DNA from: Promethearchaeota archaeon
Lineage (GTDB): Archaea; Asgardarchaeota; Thorarchaeia; Thorarchaeales; Thorarchaeaceae
Direction: 5' to 3'
Length of the DNA: 24,634 nucleotides
Assembly: GCA_048939765.1 (NCBI GenBank)
Contig: JBHLPF010000041.1
Span: 1 to 24,634 of the forward strand
Shown one piece after another: positions 1 to 8,227 of the stretch. The translations under genes and the position numbers were made by a program. Below the pieces are notes generated by a model, which was not told the DNA's origin, did not search any database, and saw only the letters and a list, made by a program, of their open reading frames with translations. The stretch's first letter is position 1; every line of letters begins with the position of its first letter.

Positions 1-60
1 TTGGTTCCGCATTCTCTGTCATAGCTAGCCCTAAGAAGATGATTCATGTGTATAGAAGAA

Positions 61-567
61 TCAAGGATGCTGCTGGTCTAGAACAGGTGAACGCAATCCG
101 ATATATCTCAGAAGCATGAACGCTCCAATGACAACTGCAATTAAACTGACAATAGCAAGTGGCGTGAAAATTCCGGGCGGAGCCTGTCCTTGCAGAACTG
201 TTTTCCAGTGCCATGTAATATCTTGAGCAATGTCATTGTCATTCCAGAAATACGTGTACCAGGTACTGTTTGAAAAAACATCAAAACTGAATGATCCGCC
301 TATGGCAGTTACGAAGTATATGCAAAGCGTGCGATTGGGTGTTCCTATTAAGTCCCACATGTCTGAGCGAATGACAGCGAAATCGATTGGATCGGGGTGA
401 CTACTGAATGAACACTCCACACGAATCCCCTCAAGTACCTCTTGGGACAAGACCAGCCCTGAATTGGCATTGAGACTGAAAGCTTTTTGCCGTGTGCCAG
501 TCCCCGGCGCAGGCGGAGAGAGAATTGGAAGCGAGAGGAGAATAATCAGAATAATCTCTCTTCTCAT
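61..567 (-). CDS. Type I membrane protein: signal peptide, GOLD/emp24-like beta-sandwich ectodomain, C-terminal TM helix
   Basis: Start moved to ATG at 567 (MRREIILIILLSLPIL), preceded by GGTGGGG. The beta-rich middle (VECSFS..PIDFAVI..GSFSFDV..TWYTYFWND) resembles archaeal emp24/GOLD-like domains. TM segment IFTPLAIVSLIAVVIGAFMLL followed by a short tail. Confidence 0.6.
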   Translation of the reverse strand: MRREIILIILLSLPILSPPAPGTGTRQKAFSLNANSGLVLSQEVLEGIRVECSFSSHPDPIDFAVIRSDMWDLIGTPNRTLCIYFVTAIGGSFSFDVFSNSTWYTYFWNDNDIAQDITWHWKTVLQGQAPPGIFTPLAIVSLIAVVIGAFMLLRYIGLRSPVLDQQHP

Positions 568-727
568 ATCCCCACCTTTCGTATTCACTATAATAATCAA
601 TAGATTGTTTACGGATATATACCTTGAGATGATTTGAGGACAGATTCAGGATTCAGGTATGCCGTTTCTAATTACAGAGATAGACTGAGATTTACGGAGA
701 AGGATTGAGCTTCCCGAGAATGATTAT

Positions 728-1912
728 CTACACTCCGTACATCAATAGAATATAGAGCATCATCACAAATACGGCGATCATCGCGATCGACTCCAGAGCA
801 TTTACACTGGCATCATCAGTTATCATCTGCCGTAAGAGAAACATCGATGGAAACGCGAAGAAGAGCAAAACCACCGAGAATAGGTCAATTGGTATGACAT
901 CTTGTATGTTGAGCACAAATCCCATGATGCCTGATGCGAACAGCGTGAATCCAAAAATGACAAAGAACACTTGGACGATGCCGCCAAAGGCATTCGACAA
1001 AGCGACCTCAATCTCCTCTTTTCGGTGACTGCTTGCGACTATGATGTATTCTGGAGTTCCACCGAAGACAACAAGTAGTAATGCTGTGTGGATATAGGAC
1101 AGGTTGAGACCCTCTGCGCCTGATGCAAAGTTCGCGAAACTTGATAGAGCTTCACCTCCGAGCAGTGCTCCAACAGAAGCTATAACAAGATAGAGCGCAA
1201 GCCTCTTTCGGGCCAGGTGGGGATAGATGACTCCTTCATCTTCACCATCGTGGTCAATCGGTTCCTCTCTTTTGCCATAGTATTTCGTTATTGTGAATAA
1301 GTACGCAACAAAGACTGTGAGCAAGCACAGACCGAACACAACAAGTTCTCCGGCCTGGAGATGAGTGAAGCTAAAGCCAGCTTCACCCAGCGGGAAGACT
1401 CCTACCACGAGCATAGACAGCCCCACAGCAAGGCTGATGACAGCGCCCATTGTCAAGAGATCCGAGCCAACCCACATAATCGCATCTGGAAGTCTATAGT
1501 TTCCAAACTCATCCTTTGGCAGAATCAGTGTGTAGGATGCAAATACCAGCGAGTTCATGAAGATCGTGGAAAGAGCAAGCACCCAGGCCATCTCAAACTG
1601 CTGGGCAATGAGCAGGAAGATGATCACTGAAAGTTCAGGGATTGTGCTGGCCAAGCTCGCATAGATGCCAGATACATAGTCTGTGAGACTGAAGTTATGA
1701 GCAATACCTTCAACCGATATGACAAAAGCTTCACATGCGCCTGCGATTAGTAGAACCCCTCCTATCAAATCGACCCATGCAACAAAACCGTGAGGGAGGT
1801 CAATCCCCAGGAATTCAACAATCAAGAATGTGCCGACAATGATGAATCCAATCAGGTAGACGAGTTTCCACGCGGCTGGCCGCTTAAATTGTCCTGACTG
1901 TGGTGCTGTCAT
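728..1912 (-). CDS. CaCA-superfamily cation/Ca2+ exchanger (Na+/Ca2+ or Ca2+/H+ antiporter)
   Basis: About 10-11 TM helices in two repeats with alpha-repeat motifs ASLASTIPEL and GGTPEY..SNAFGG, plus an acidic central loop EEPIDHDGEDEG. ATG at 1912 preferred over GTG at 1933; start uncertain. Confidence 0.85.
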   Translation of the reverse strand: MTAPQSGQFKRPAAWKLVYLIGFIIVGTFLIVEFLGIDLPHGFVAWVDLIGGVLLIAGACEAFVISVEGIAHNFSLTDYVSGIYASLASTIPELSVIIFLLIAQQFEMAWVLALSTIFMNSLVFASYTLILPKDEFGNYRLPDAIMWVGSDLLTMGAVISLAVGLSMLVVGVFPLGEAGFSFTHLQAGELVVFGLCLLTVFVAYLFTITKYYGKREEPIDHDGEDEGVIYPHLARKRLALYLVIASVGALLGGEALSSFANFASGAEGLNLSYIHTALLLVVFGGTPEYIIVASSHRKEEIEVALSNAFGGIVQVFFVIFGFTLFASGIMGFVLNIQDVIPIDLFSVVLLFFAFPSMFLLRQMITDDASVNALESIAMIAVFVMMLYILLMYGV

Positions 1913-1984
1913 GAGTTCACACCAATGCCTCACGAAAACTTCGTTTCAAATATAACCTTCACGTATGTATTGTCATGAATTAGC

Positions 1985-2533
1985 TCATTCATTGAGCACG
2001 GTTCGAATCATCGAGGCCGCTGTTCTTCCAAGCGCTATTACCACAATCTGAACAAGTAATGCAACAATGAATATGCCCAGTGAAAGTGTAATACCGAAGA
2101 AGCTCAGAGATGTGGCTGCGAGTGCGGCAAAGTAGTACCTATAGATGAGGTAGTATCCGTAGACACCCATAACTAGGATAAGACCGACACCTATTCCATA
2201 GATGATAATCACGGAACGAACACGCGGTTTGCTAAGATCTACGGATGTTATATCGTGACTGATCACAGCCCCTGTAACACGCCGATTAAACCTAACAAAG
2301 AAACCAATGGCACCTAAGAAGAAGAATAATGTAATCATTCCGGCCAATAATAGCAAGAAAACAGTGACGTCGGGCTCAAGATCTTGAAGCCATGGCTGGT
2401 CGCGTAGAATGAAGGCAACCGTTGAGCCAAGAAGCATGATGGCAGATACGATTTCCGCAACGAAGGTGAATGTAGCAGTTCCCCTAAAGAGAGAGCCCAC
2501 ATCCATTGACTCTCCAGCTTCTTTCTTCGACAT
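1985..2533 (-). CDS. Hypothetical integral membrane protein (4 TM)
   Basis: 182-aa ORF with four hydrophobic segments arranged as two hairpins; co-oriented upstream of the CaCA gene. Confidence 0.75.
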   Translation of the reverse strand: MSKKEAGESMDVGSLFRGTATFTFVAEIVSAIMLLGSTVAFILRDQPWLQDLEPDVTVFLLLLAGMITLFFFLGAIGFFVRFNRRVTGAVISHDITSVDLSKPRVRSVIIIYGIGVGLILVMGVYGYYLIYRYYFAALAATSLSFFGITLSLGIFIVALLVQIVVIALGRTAASMIRTVLNE

Positions 2534-2644
2534 TTGGATGCACCCCTATTGATTGGTTTGAGAGATACATCTTCACAGAAAGCCTTGTCGGTCATGGGCA
2601 ACGCTCAATAGGGATGTGACCTCTTCGTATCACGGTCGATTAGA

Positions 2645-3169
2645 ATGACAAACTATCTGCATGACATCCCACCCGGCCCAAATCCTCCAAGTGAAATCTA
2701 TGTCATCATCGAGCTGACCAAAGCGAGCAAGAACAAGTACGAATATGACTCTGAATTCAACATCTTCAGGTTGGACCGCGTGCTCTACACATTCAGCCCA
2801 TTTGACTATGGATTCATTCCACAGACCCTTGATCATGATGGCGACCCTCTTGATGTTGTTCTGCTAATCAACCAGCCCACTTTCACAGCATGCCTTGTCC
2901 ATGCAAGACCAATAGGTATCATGGAAATGGATGACATGGGCAAGATTGACGACAAGATAATCGCTGTGCCAACGAGAGATCCTTACTACCGTGACATCAA
3001 GTCAATCTTAGATTTGCCGAAAAGCCAGATGGAGGAGCTCACTCATTTCTATGCCACTTACAAGATTCAGGAAGGTGGACACACTGAGATCAAGAAATTC
3101 AAGGAACTCGCAGACGCCTATCAGACCATCAATCGATGCGTAGAAGATTACAACAATCAGAAAAAGTGA
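2645..3169 (+). CDS. ppa: Family I soluble inorganic pyrophosphatase
   Basis: Motifs KYEYD, LDRVL, YGFIPQTL..DGDPLDV and DDKIIAV. Confidence 0.97.
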   Translation: MTNYLHDIPPGPNPPSEIYVIIELTKASKNKYEYDSEFNIFRLDRVLYTFSPFDYGFIPQTLDHDGDPLDVVLLINQPTFTACLVHARPIGIMEMDDMGKIDDKIIAVPTRDPYYRDIKSILDLPKSQMEELTHFYATYKIQEGGHTEIKKFKELADAYQTINRCVEDYNNQKK

Positions 3170-3212
3170 ATGAACCGAAATCATCTAAAACAAAGCACAG
3201 GTCGATACGACA

Positions 3213-3872
3213 ATGACTGAAAAGCTTCGATGCAGGGCCGTGATTTTTGACTTCGATGGAACCCTCGCCGATAGCATGCCATTCCTGGCTAAAATAGGCG
3301 TAGAAGTCATGATGAGATACTACGGCATTTCCAAGGATGAAGCAGCAGAACGCTACAAATCTACGACAGGTCTTCCCTATGAGCATCAAATCAAACTCAA
3401 TTTTCCAGACCATGAAGCAAACAATGAGGCAATCGAAGTATTCGAGAAGATGAAAATTGACAGGATCTTCGAACAGAAGCTTTTCCCGGAATCAAATGAC
3501 ATCTTGATAGCTTTGAAGCATACGGGATTCATGCTATTCGTTTCGTCATCCACATTTCAGAGCACCATTACTGAATACTTCAAGCGGCTAGGCATGCTTG
3601 AATTCTTTACCGAGATTCTAGGCTACAGACCCGGGTTCGAGAAAGGTGTTGATCATTTCAACCACGTCCGTGACAGATATGACATTTCACTCGGGGAAGT
3701 GGTGTTCATAGGCGATTCGCTAAAGGACTATGAAAGGTCAAAGAATCATACACAATTTGTCGCGCTGGAGAGAATGTTCACAAGAAATGACTTTGCGCAA
3801 GCTGGACATAATGGACATGTAATCTCGAATCTGTTGGAGCTAGAGCAGATTCTGGAACTCGATTCGGACTAG
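3213..3872 (+). CDS. HAD-superfamily hydrolase (phosphoglycolate phosphatase-like)
   Basis: Motif I FDFDGTLADS, motif II VSSS, motif III Lys (EKG), motif IV FIGDSLKD. Confidence 0.9.
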   Translation: MTEKLRCRAVIFDFDGTLADSMPFLAKIGVEVMMRYYGISKDEAAERYKSTTGLPYEHQIKLNFPDHEANNEAIEVFEKMKIDRIFEQKLFPESNDILIALKHTGFMLFVSSSTFQSTITEYFKRLGMLEFFTEILGYRPGFEKGVDHFNHVRDRYDISLGEVVFIGDSLKDYERSKNHTQFVALERMFTRNDFAQAGHNGHVISNLLELEQILELDSD

Positions 3873-3876
3873 ATTC

Positions 3877-4830
3877 TCAATCGGATGCAGATACCTCGGC
3901 AAATTTCGCGTCAGGTGCTTTTCCCATCTGCTCAAGAATCTCTTGAATGTGTCCAATCATCTCTTGAGGCACTTCAACACGATTCTCCTCTGGACGCTCC
4001 TCCAACACGCGCAACACCTTTTCCAAGCTATTCTTCTTCATCTGACGGCAGATTGCTCTTTCATAGGCGGGAATGATCTTCTTGTCTGGATGTTTCGCTT
4101 GTAATTGTTCTATCAGTCCTAGCTCAGTGGCGATGACAAATGTGTCATCTGGTGATTCCGCCACTATCTTGACCATTGCTCCAGTTGACCCTATGATGTC
4201 AGCAGCTTCTTGAACTTCTTCTGGACATTCAGGATGAACGATGATTACAGCCTCAGGGTATTCCTCTCGGAGCAGTTCAATCTGAGCAATATCAAACTGC
4301 TGATGAACATAACAATGACCTCTCGGTTCAAGATCAATTAGCTCAACGCCAGTTTGACGACGCACATAATCCGCGAGATTCTTGTCTGGTCCAAATAGCA
4401 CCCTTGCAACACCAAGAGCTGAAACCACTTCCACCGCGTTTCCTGACGTGCATATAACATCGGATACCGATTTCGTTTCCGCAGTTGTGTTGACATAGAC
4501 CACCACCGGAGCATCAGGGTACTGCTCCTTCAGAGCTCTCACTTTGTCTGCACTGACCCAGGCTGCCAATGGGCAAATTGCATCCGTTGCCGGAATATAG
4601 ACGGGAGTGTTCTTATTGAGCACAGCAGCCATCTCTGCCATGAACTTGACGCCTGCGAAGATGATCATGTCATAGCCACTGACCTCAGCTGATTTTCTAG
4701 CAAGTTGCAGAGAATCACCCACAAAATCGGCGACCTCTTGAATGTCCATTGGTTGATAATTATGCGCCAGAAGCAATGCATTATGTTCTTTCTTCAATGC
4801 AAGGACCTTCTGCTGCATGTCGGTCATCTT
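3877..4830 (-). CDS. nadA: Quinolinate synthase NadA
   Basis: LAHNYQ, VGDSLQL, GVKFMAE, YVNT, CTSGNA, HPEC, GST and ATE motifs, plus three Fe-S cysteines (AICPLA, HCYVH, ICRQMK). Start probably ATG at 4830 (MTDMQQK); the ORF is open to 4866. Confidence 0.97.
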   Translation of the reverse strand, partial: KMTDMQQKVLALKKEHNALLLAHNYQPMDIQEVADFVGDSLQLARKSAEVSGYDMIIFAGVKFMAEMAAVLNKNTPVYIPATDAICPLAAWVSADKVRALKEQYPDAPVVVYVNTTAETKSVSDVICTSGNAVEVVSALGVARVLFGPDKNLADYVRRQTGVELIDLEPRGHCYVHQQFDIAQIELLREEYPEAVIIVHPECPEEVQEAADIIGSTGAMVKIVAESPDDTFVIATELGLIEQLQAKHPDKKIIPAYERAICRQMKKNSLEKVLRVLEERPEENRVEVPQEMIGHIQEILEQMGKAPDAKFAEVSASD

Positions 4831-5016
4831 ACCAGTCAACAGATTGCACCACTGAAGCTCCATCAATTTAGACTATTAACCAAATCACAATCGGCAAACA
4901 TTGACTTCCATATATTCGTTTGGCAACATCTGCCTAGTCCAGGCTCGTTTTCCAGCTTGATTTAAGAGGCTGAACACGACCACAAAAACAGACTCTCGAA
5001 TACATGGGAGGATATC

Positions 5017-6075
5017 ATTACGAAGATCGGCGTCGTATCGGGACTAGAGGCAAGCATGATAGAGGACACTCGTGAAATCATGCGTGTACTCCAGTCAAGC
5101 GATGTCGATATTCGAGTTGAGGAAAAGACAGGACAAGCTCTAAAGAGAAAGGGGATTCCAATCAAGAGGCTCGATTCTGACTTAATCGTGATTATAGGTT
5201 CCGACAAGTCTTTGCTCAATTCATTGCTTCAGCTGGGCGACTCTGCTATTCCATTCTTGCCGGTATCATCCAAGGGCCAGCCTGACTTCCTTTTTGATGT
5301 GACTGCAGCTATGTTCGAAGATGTGATTCCGGATCTCCTTGAGGCACGATGGACTGAAGATCGAAGAGCCAGACTTCAGGTGTCTATCGCAGGCAAGTCA
5401 AGTCCTCCCTTGCTCAATGATGTAGCAATCTTCGCGAGGCGAAGTGCGACACTGATCCGCTACTCACTGCTTCTTGACGACGAACAATTCTGGAAGGACG
5501 GGAGCGATGGTCTAATCATTGCAACTCCTACCGGAAGTACGGCGTACTCTATGAGTGTAGGCGGGCCAATTGTGCTACCTCCCGCAAAGGTCATGACCAT
5601 AATCCCTGTCAACAGTGTGAATCCTGCAAGAAGACCTCTCATAGTGGAAGACACCACTGTCATTGAGATTCGAGAATTGACCAGCTCTGTTTCTATAGAG
5701 GCTGTACTTGACGGACAACTGCGAAGAAAAGTAAATAGTGGACCTGTTCTCATCGAACGCGCGGAAACTGATGCTGTTTTTGTCAAGCTATCAGAAGAAC
5801 GTGTAGCGGCATTGAGAGGGAAGTTGCATCAGATGACTGAAGCATTTGGGGACTTAGCTCAAGACCTTCCTCCAAGTGCCAAACTTGTACTCAAGGTCCT
5901 TGAATATCAAGGGCAGTTGACTCAGAAAGAAATAGTTGATGAAACTTTACTGCCTCCTAGAACTGTAAGATACGCTCTCTCTCTTTTAATGTCAGATGGA
6001 CTGGTGTCAAAGCGAGTGTCCCTTAGAGATAGCCGGCAGGGCTTATATCGAGTGGCAAACGACAGGAGAGACTGA
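5017..6075 (+). CDS. nadK: NAD kinase-family protein fused to a C-terminal winged helix-turn-helix domain
   Basis: LND and DGLIIATPTGSTAYSMSVGGP motifs; the GGDG motif is altered to GSDK. C-terminal wHTH is LPPSAKLVLKVLEYQGQLTQKEIVDETLLPPRTVRYALSLL..DSRQGLY. The in-frame upstream sequence ITKIGVVSG after GGAGG suggests an ATT start at 5017; the first ATG is at 5056. Confidence 0.85.
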   Translation: MTKIGVVSGLEASMIEDTREIMRVLQSSDVDIRVEEKTGQALKRKGIPIKRLDSDLIVIIGSDKSLLNSLLQLGDSAIPFLPVSSKGQPDFLFDVTAAMFEDVIPDLLEARWTEDRRARLQVSIAGKSSPPLLNDVAIFARRSATLIRYSLLLDDEQFWKDGSDGLIIATPTGSTAYSMSVGGPIVLPPAKVMTIIPVNSVNPARRPLIVEDTTVIEIRELTSSVSIEAVLDGQLRRKVNSGPVLIERAETDAVFVKLSEERVAALRGKLHQMTEAFGDLAQDLPPSAKLVLKVLEYQGQLTQKEIVDETLLPPRTVRYALSLLMSDGLVSKRVSLRDSRQGLYRVANDRRD

Positions 6076-6076
6076 T

Positions 6077-8218
6077 ATGGATCTAGATACAAGAAGGCTG
6101 CCAAAGTCGAAGAACCCTGTCGTTGCGAAGGTTCTGGCTACGGTTCTCGCCCAAGCTGAGCGTTCTTTGAAAGGAGAATCTCTTGCATCTGGCCTCGGGT
6201 TCTTCGGAGAGAAAAGCGAACTTGCTCCCTTTGCACTCATTCAGTCTTTTGGTAATGAAATCGAGTCGCTCCCTGAAGCCAAAGCTGTAGATGAGCTATT
6301 GCAAGTGGTGTATAGAGACGAACTGCCTGAGATTAATGAAGGCGACATGATTGCCTGTCTGACATTAGGATTCTATGGCTTCATTTTTGGAGAATATGAT
6401 GACGAGGACTTCAGGTATCTCTATCGCTATGCTATGAGGGCAATTCGTAAGTATAGCATAGTAGAGGAGTGGCTAAAGAAAGCGTTGATCTTCGAATCGC
6501 TCCTGCGTCATGAAGGTCTTGAGGGAATTTTCAACAGAACCCTATTTTGGCTCAAGTATCTGGGCGCACCTATTTTCAATCCAAAGGTGTTGGTTGAAAC
6601 CTGTCAGGCATTTGGCATCGATGCCGAGGAATATACAGAGCATGCTGAATTCAGACTAGTTGATACCCTCAGAAGGCATTCGGACTACCTGGAAGAGGCA
6701 GTGGGAGACCGTTCATATCTCGAAACTCGAGGAGCAACGAAGGACTGGCTTCCTGATGCGCTTTCATCAGAGCTGCTGACTATTTATCGAAAGAGAGCTA
6801 ATGCTGAAGCCCAAAAGAGCATTCGTATGGACCTAAGTCCAAAAGACGCTAGCAAGAAGGTAAGCGAAGTCTTCAGGAAGGCAGGCTTCCAGTCCAATAA
6901 GGACTCTGTTCTACCGTTGCGGTTGCAGGATCTTGAGTCGCCTCCCAATCCTCCTGCGGTTGACCCCATCGTCTTTGAGATGATTCCGCAGAAGCTTAGA
7001 ATGGACTTACTGCCTGCTGTTGCTTACTCAACGAGAACAAAGCGCATCGAGGTCATTTTTCTCGGAGGGCCAAGGATAGGTCATAGTGGGATACTTATCA
7101 AGACTGATACTGGCGGCATATTGATGGACTTCGGCTTGTCAGTTGCCAATCAGAGGATTCCAGAGTGGGTTCCTGAACTAGAGATGATCGATTCTATTCT
7201 GGTGAGTCATTCGCACCTTGACCACATCGGGGGATTGCCAATACTCTATGAGAATTACACAGGAAAGTGGTGCTCGGTTGGAGTTACAGGTGCAGTCACA
7301 AAGGCCCTTCTGCAAGATGCAATCAACGTGGGCACCCCTCATCCACCAAGAAAGAAGGACAAATGGGATCTGATATCCCGCTTCAATCAGACAAATGTTG
7401 ACAAAGTCACAAAGAATCATGTCAGTCTTGAGCTTGGAAAGAGCAGTGAAGTCGGGCCTGGAATACTCGTGACGCCGATAGATGCCTCACATATTCCTGG
7501 GAGCGCTTCATTTCTTGTTGACATTGAAGGTGTAAAGATCCTGTACTCAGGAGATTTTAACCTCGACAAGTCTGTGCTCTTCCCCGGTGCAAATCTTCCC
7601 ACTGATGCGGACATGATAATATTCGATGGCACTTATTGGGGGAGAGAAGACTTTGACCGACAGAAGGTTTCAGAAATAATATCGGACGTCATTCAGAATA
7701 GCGGGCCAGTCATTATACCGAGTTTTGCAGTTGGTAGGTCACAGGAGATACTGGTGACATTGGACAATCTCGGTATAACCAAGCAGAGAAATGTCATGGT
7801 GGCGGGCTTCGCCGAACATGTCACCAAACTAGTCGGCACATCAGGAAATTGGCACGGAATGAAGAAGAACAAGGTGATCCTTGACAAGGAAGATGTGCTG
7901 GTAGCAGGCGGCGGAATGATGGGAGGCGGCTTGGCACGTCAGCACTTCAAGGAACATAGAAAGAATCCAAATGCCGCTGTCATCTTATGCGGATACTTGG
8001 CACCCAGAACTCCAGGATGGAACTTACTGCATGACTATGAGCCGCACGAGTGTCAAGTGGAATATGCAAGACTAAGTGCCCACTCTTCAGCGACAAATCT
8101 TGAGGAATATATTAAATCCTGCAAAGGAAAGAAGGTAATGGTTCATACTCCTTATCCAGATACCCCTAAAGGAATCATCATACCAGAATTCCAGGAACGT
8201 ATAATCCTGAAGACCTAA
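6077..8218 (+). CDS. Metallo-beta-lactamase/beta-CASP ribonuclease (aCPSF-like) with a ~320-aa N-terminal extension of unknown function
   Basis: Motifs LMDFG, SHSHLDH, SHIPGS, YSGDF, DGTY, FAVGRSQE, GYLA, LSAHS and VH. ATG at 6077 follows AGGAG, with a 1-nt gap after the NAD kinase stop. Confidence 0.88.
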   Translation: MDLDTRRLPKSKNPVVAKVLATVLAQAERSLKGESLASGLGFFGEKSELAPFALIQSFGNEIESLPEAKAVDELLQVVYRDELPEINEGDMIACLTLGFYGFIFGEYDDEDFRYLYRYAMRAIRKYSIVEEWLKKALIFESLLRHEGLEGIFNRTLFWLKYLGAPIFNPKVLVETCQAFGIDAEEYTEHAEFRLVDTLRRHSDYLEEAVGDRSYLETRGATKDWLPDALSSELLTIYRKRANAEAQKSIRMDLSPKDASKKVSEVFRKAGFQSNKDSVLPLRLQDLESPPNPPAVDPIVFEMIPQKLRMDLLPAVAYSTRTKRIEVIFLGGPRIGHSGILIKTDTGGILMDFGLSVANQRIPEWVPELEMIDSILVSHSHLDHIGGLPILYENYTGKWCSVGVTGAVTKALLQDAINVGTPHPPRKKDKWDLISRFNQTNVDKVTKNHVSLELGKSSEVGPGILVTPIDASHIPGSASFLVDIEGVKILYSGDFNLDKSVLFPGANLPTDADMIIFDGTYWGREDFDRQKVSEIISDVIQNSGPVIIPSFAVGRSQEILVTLDNLGITKQRNVMVAGFAEHVTKLVGTSGNWHGMKKNKVILDKEDVLVAGGGMMGGGLARQHFKEHRKNPNAAVILCGYLAPRTPGWNLLHDYEPHECQVEYARLSAHSSATNLEEYIKSCKGKKVMVHTPYPDTPKGIIIPEFQERIILKT

Positions 8219-8227
8219 GGAGAGATA

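Noticed and set aside
4831-5016. Operator palindrome between nadA and the NADK-wHTH gene
   Set aside because: Only 4-5 bp inverted matches (CAAAC/GTTTG, CAGC/GCTG), which is chance level.
5996-6076. ORF-track start of the beta-CASP gene at 5996
   Set aside because: It overlaps the wHTH of the NAD kinase by 80 nt; ATG 6077 has an SD and follows the upstream stop directly.
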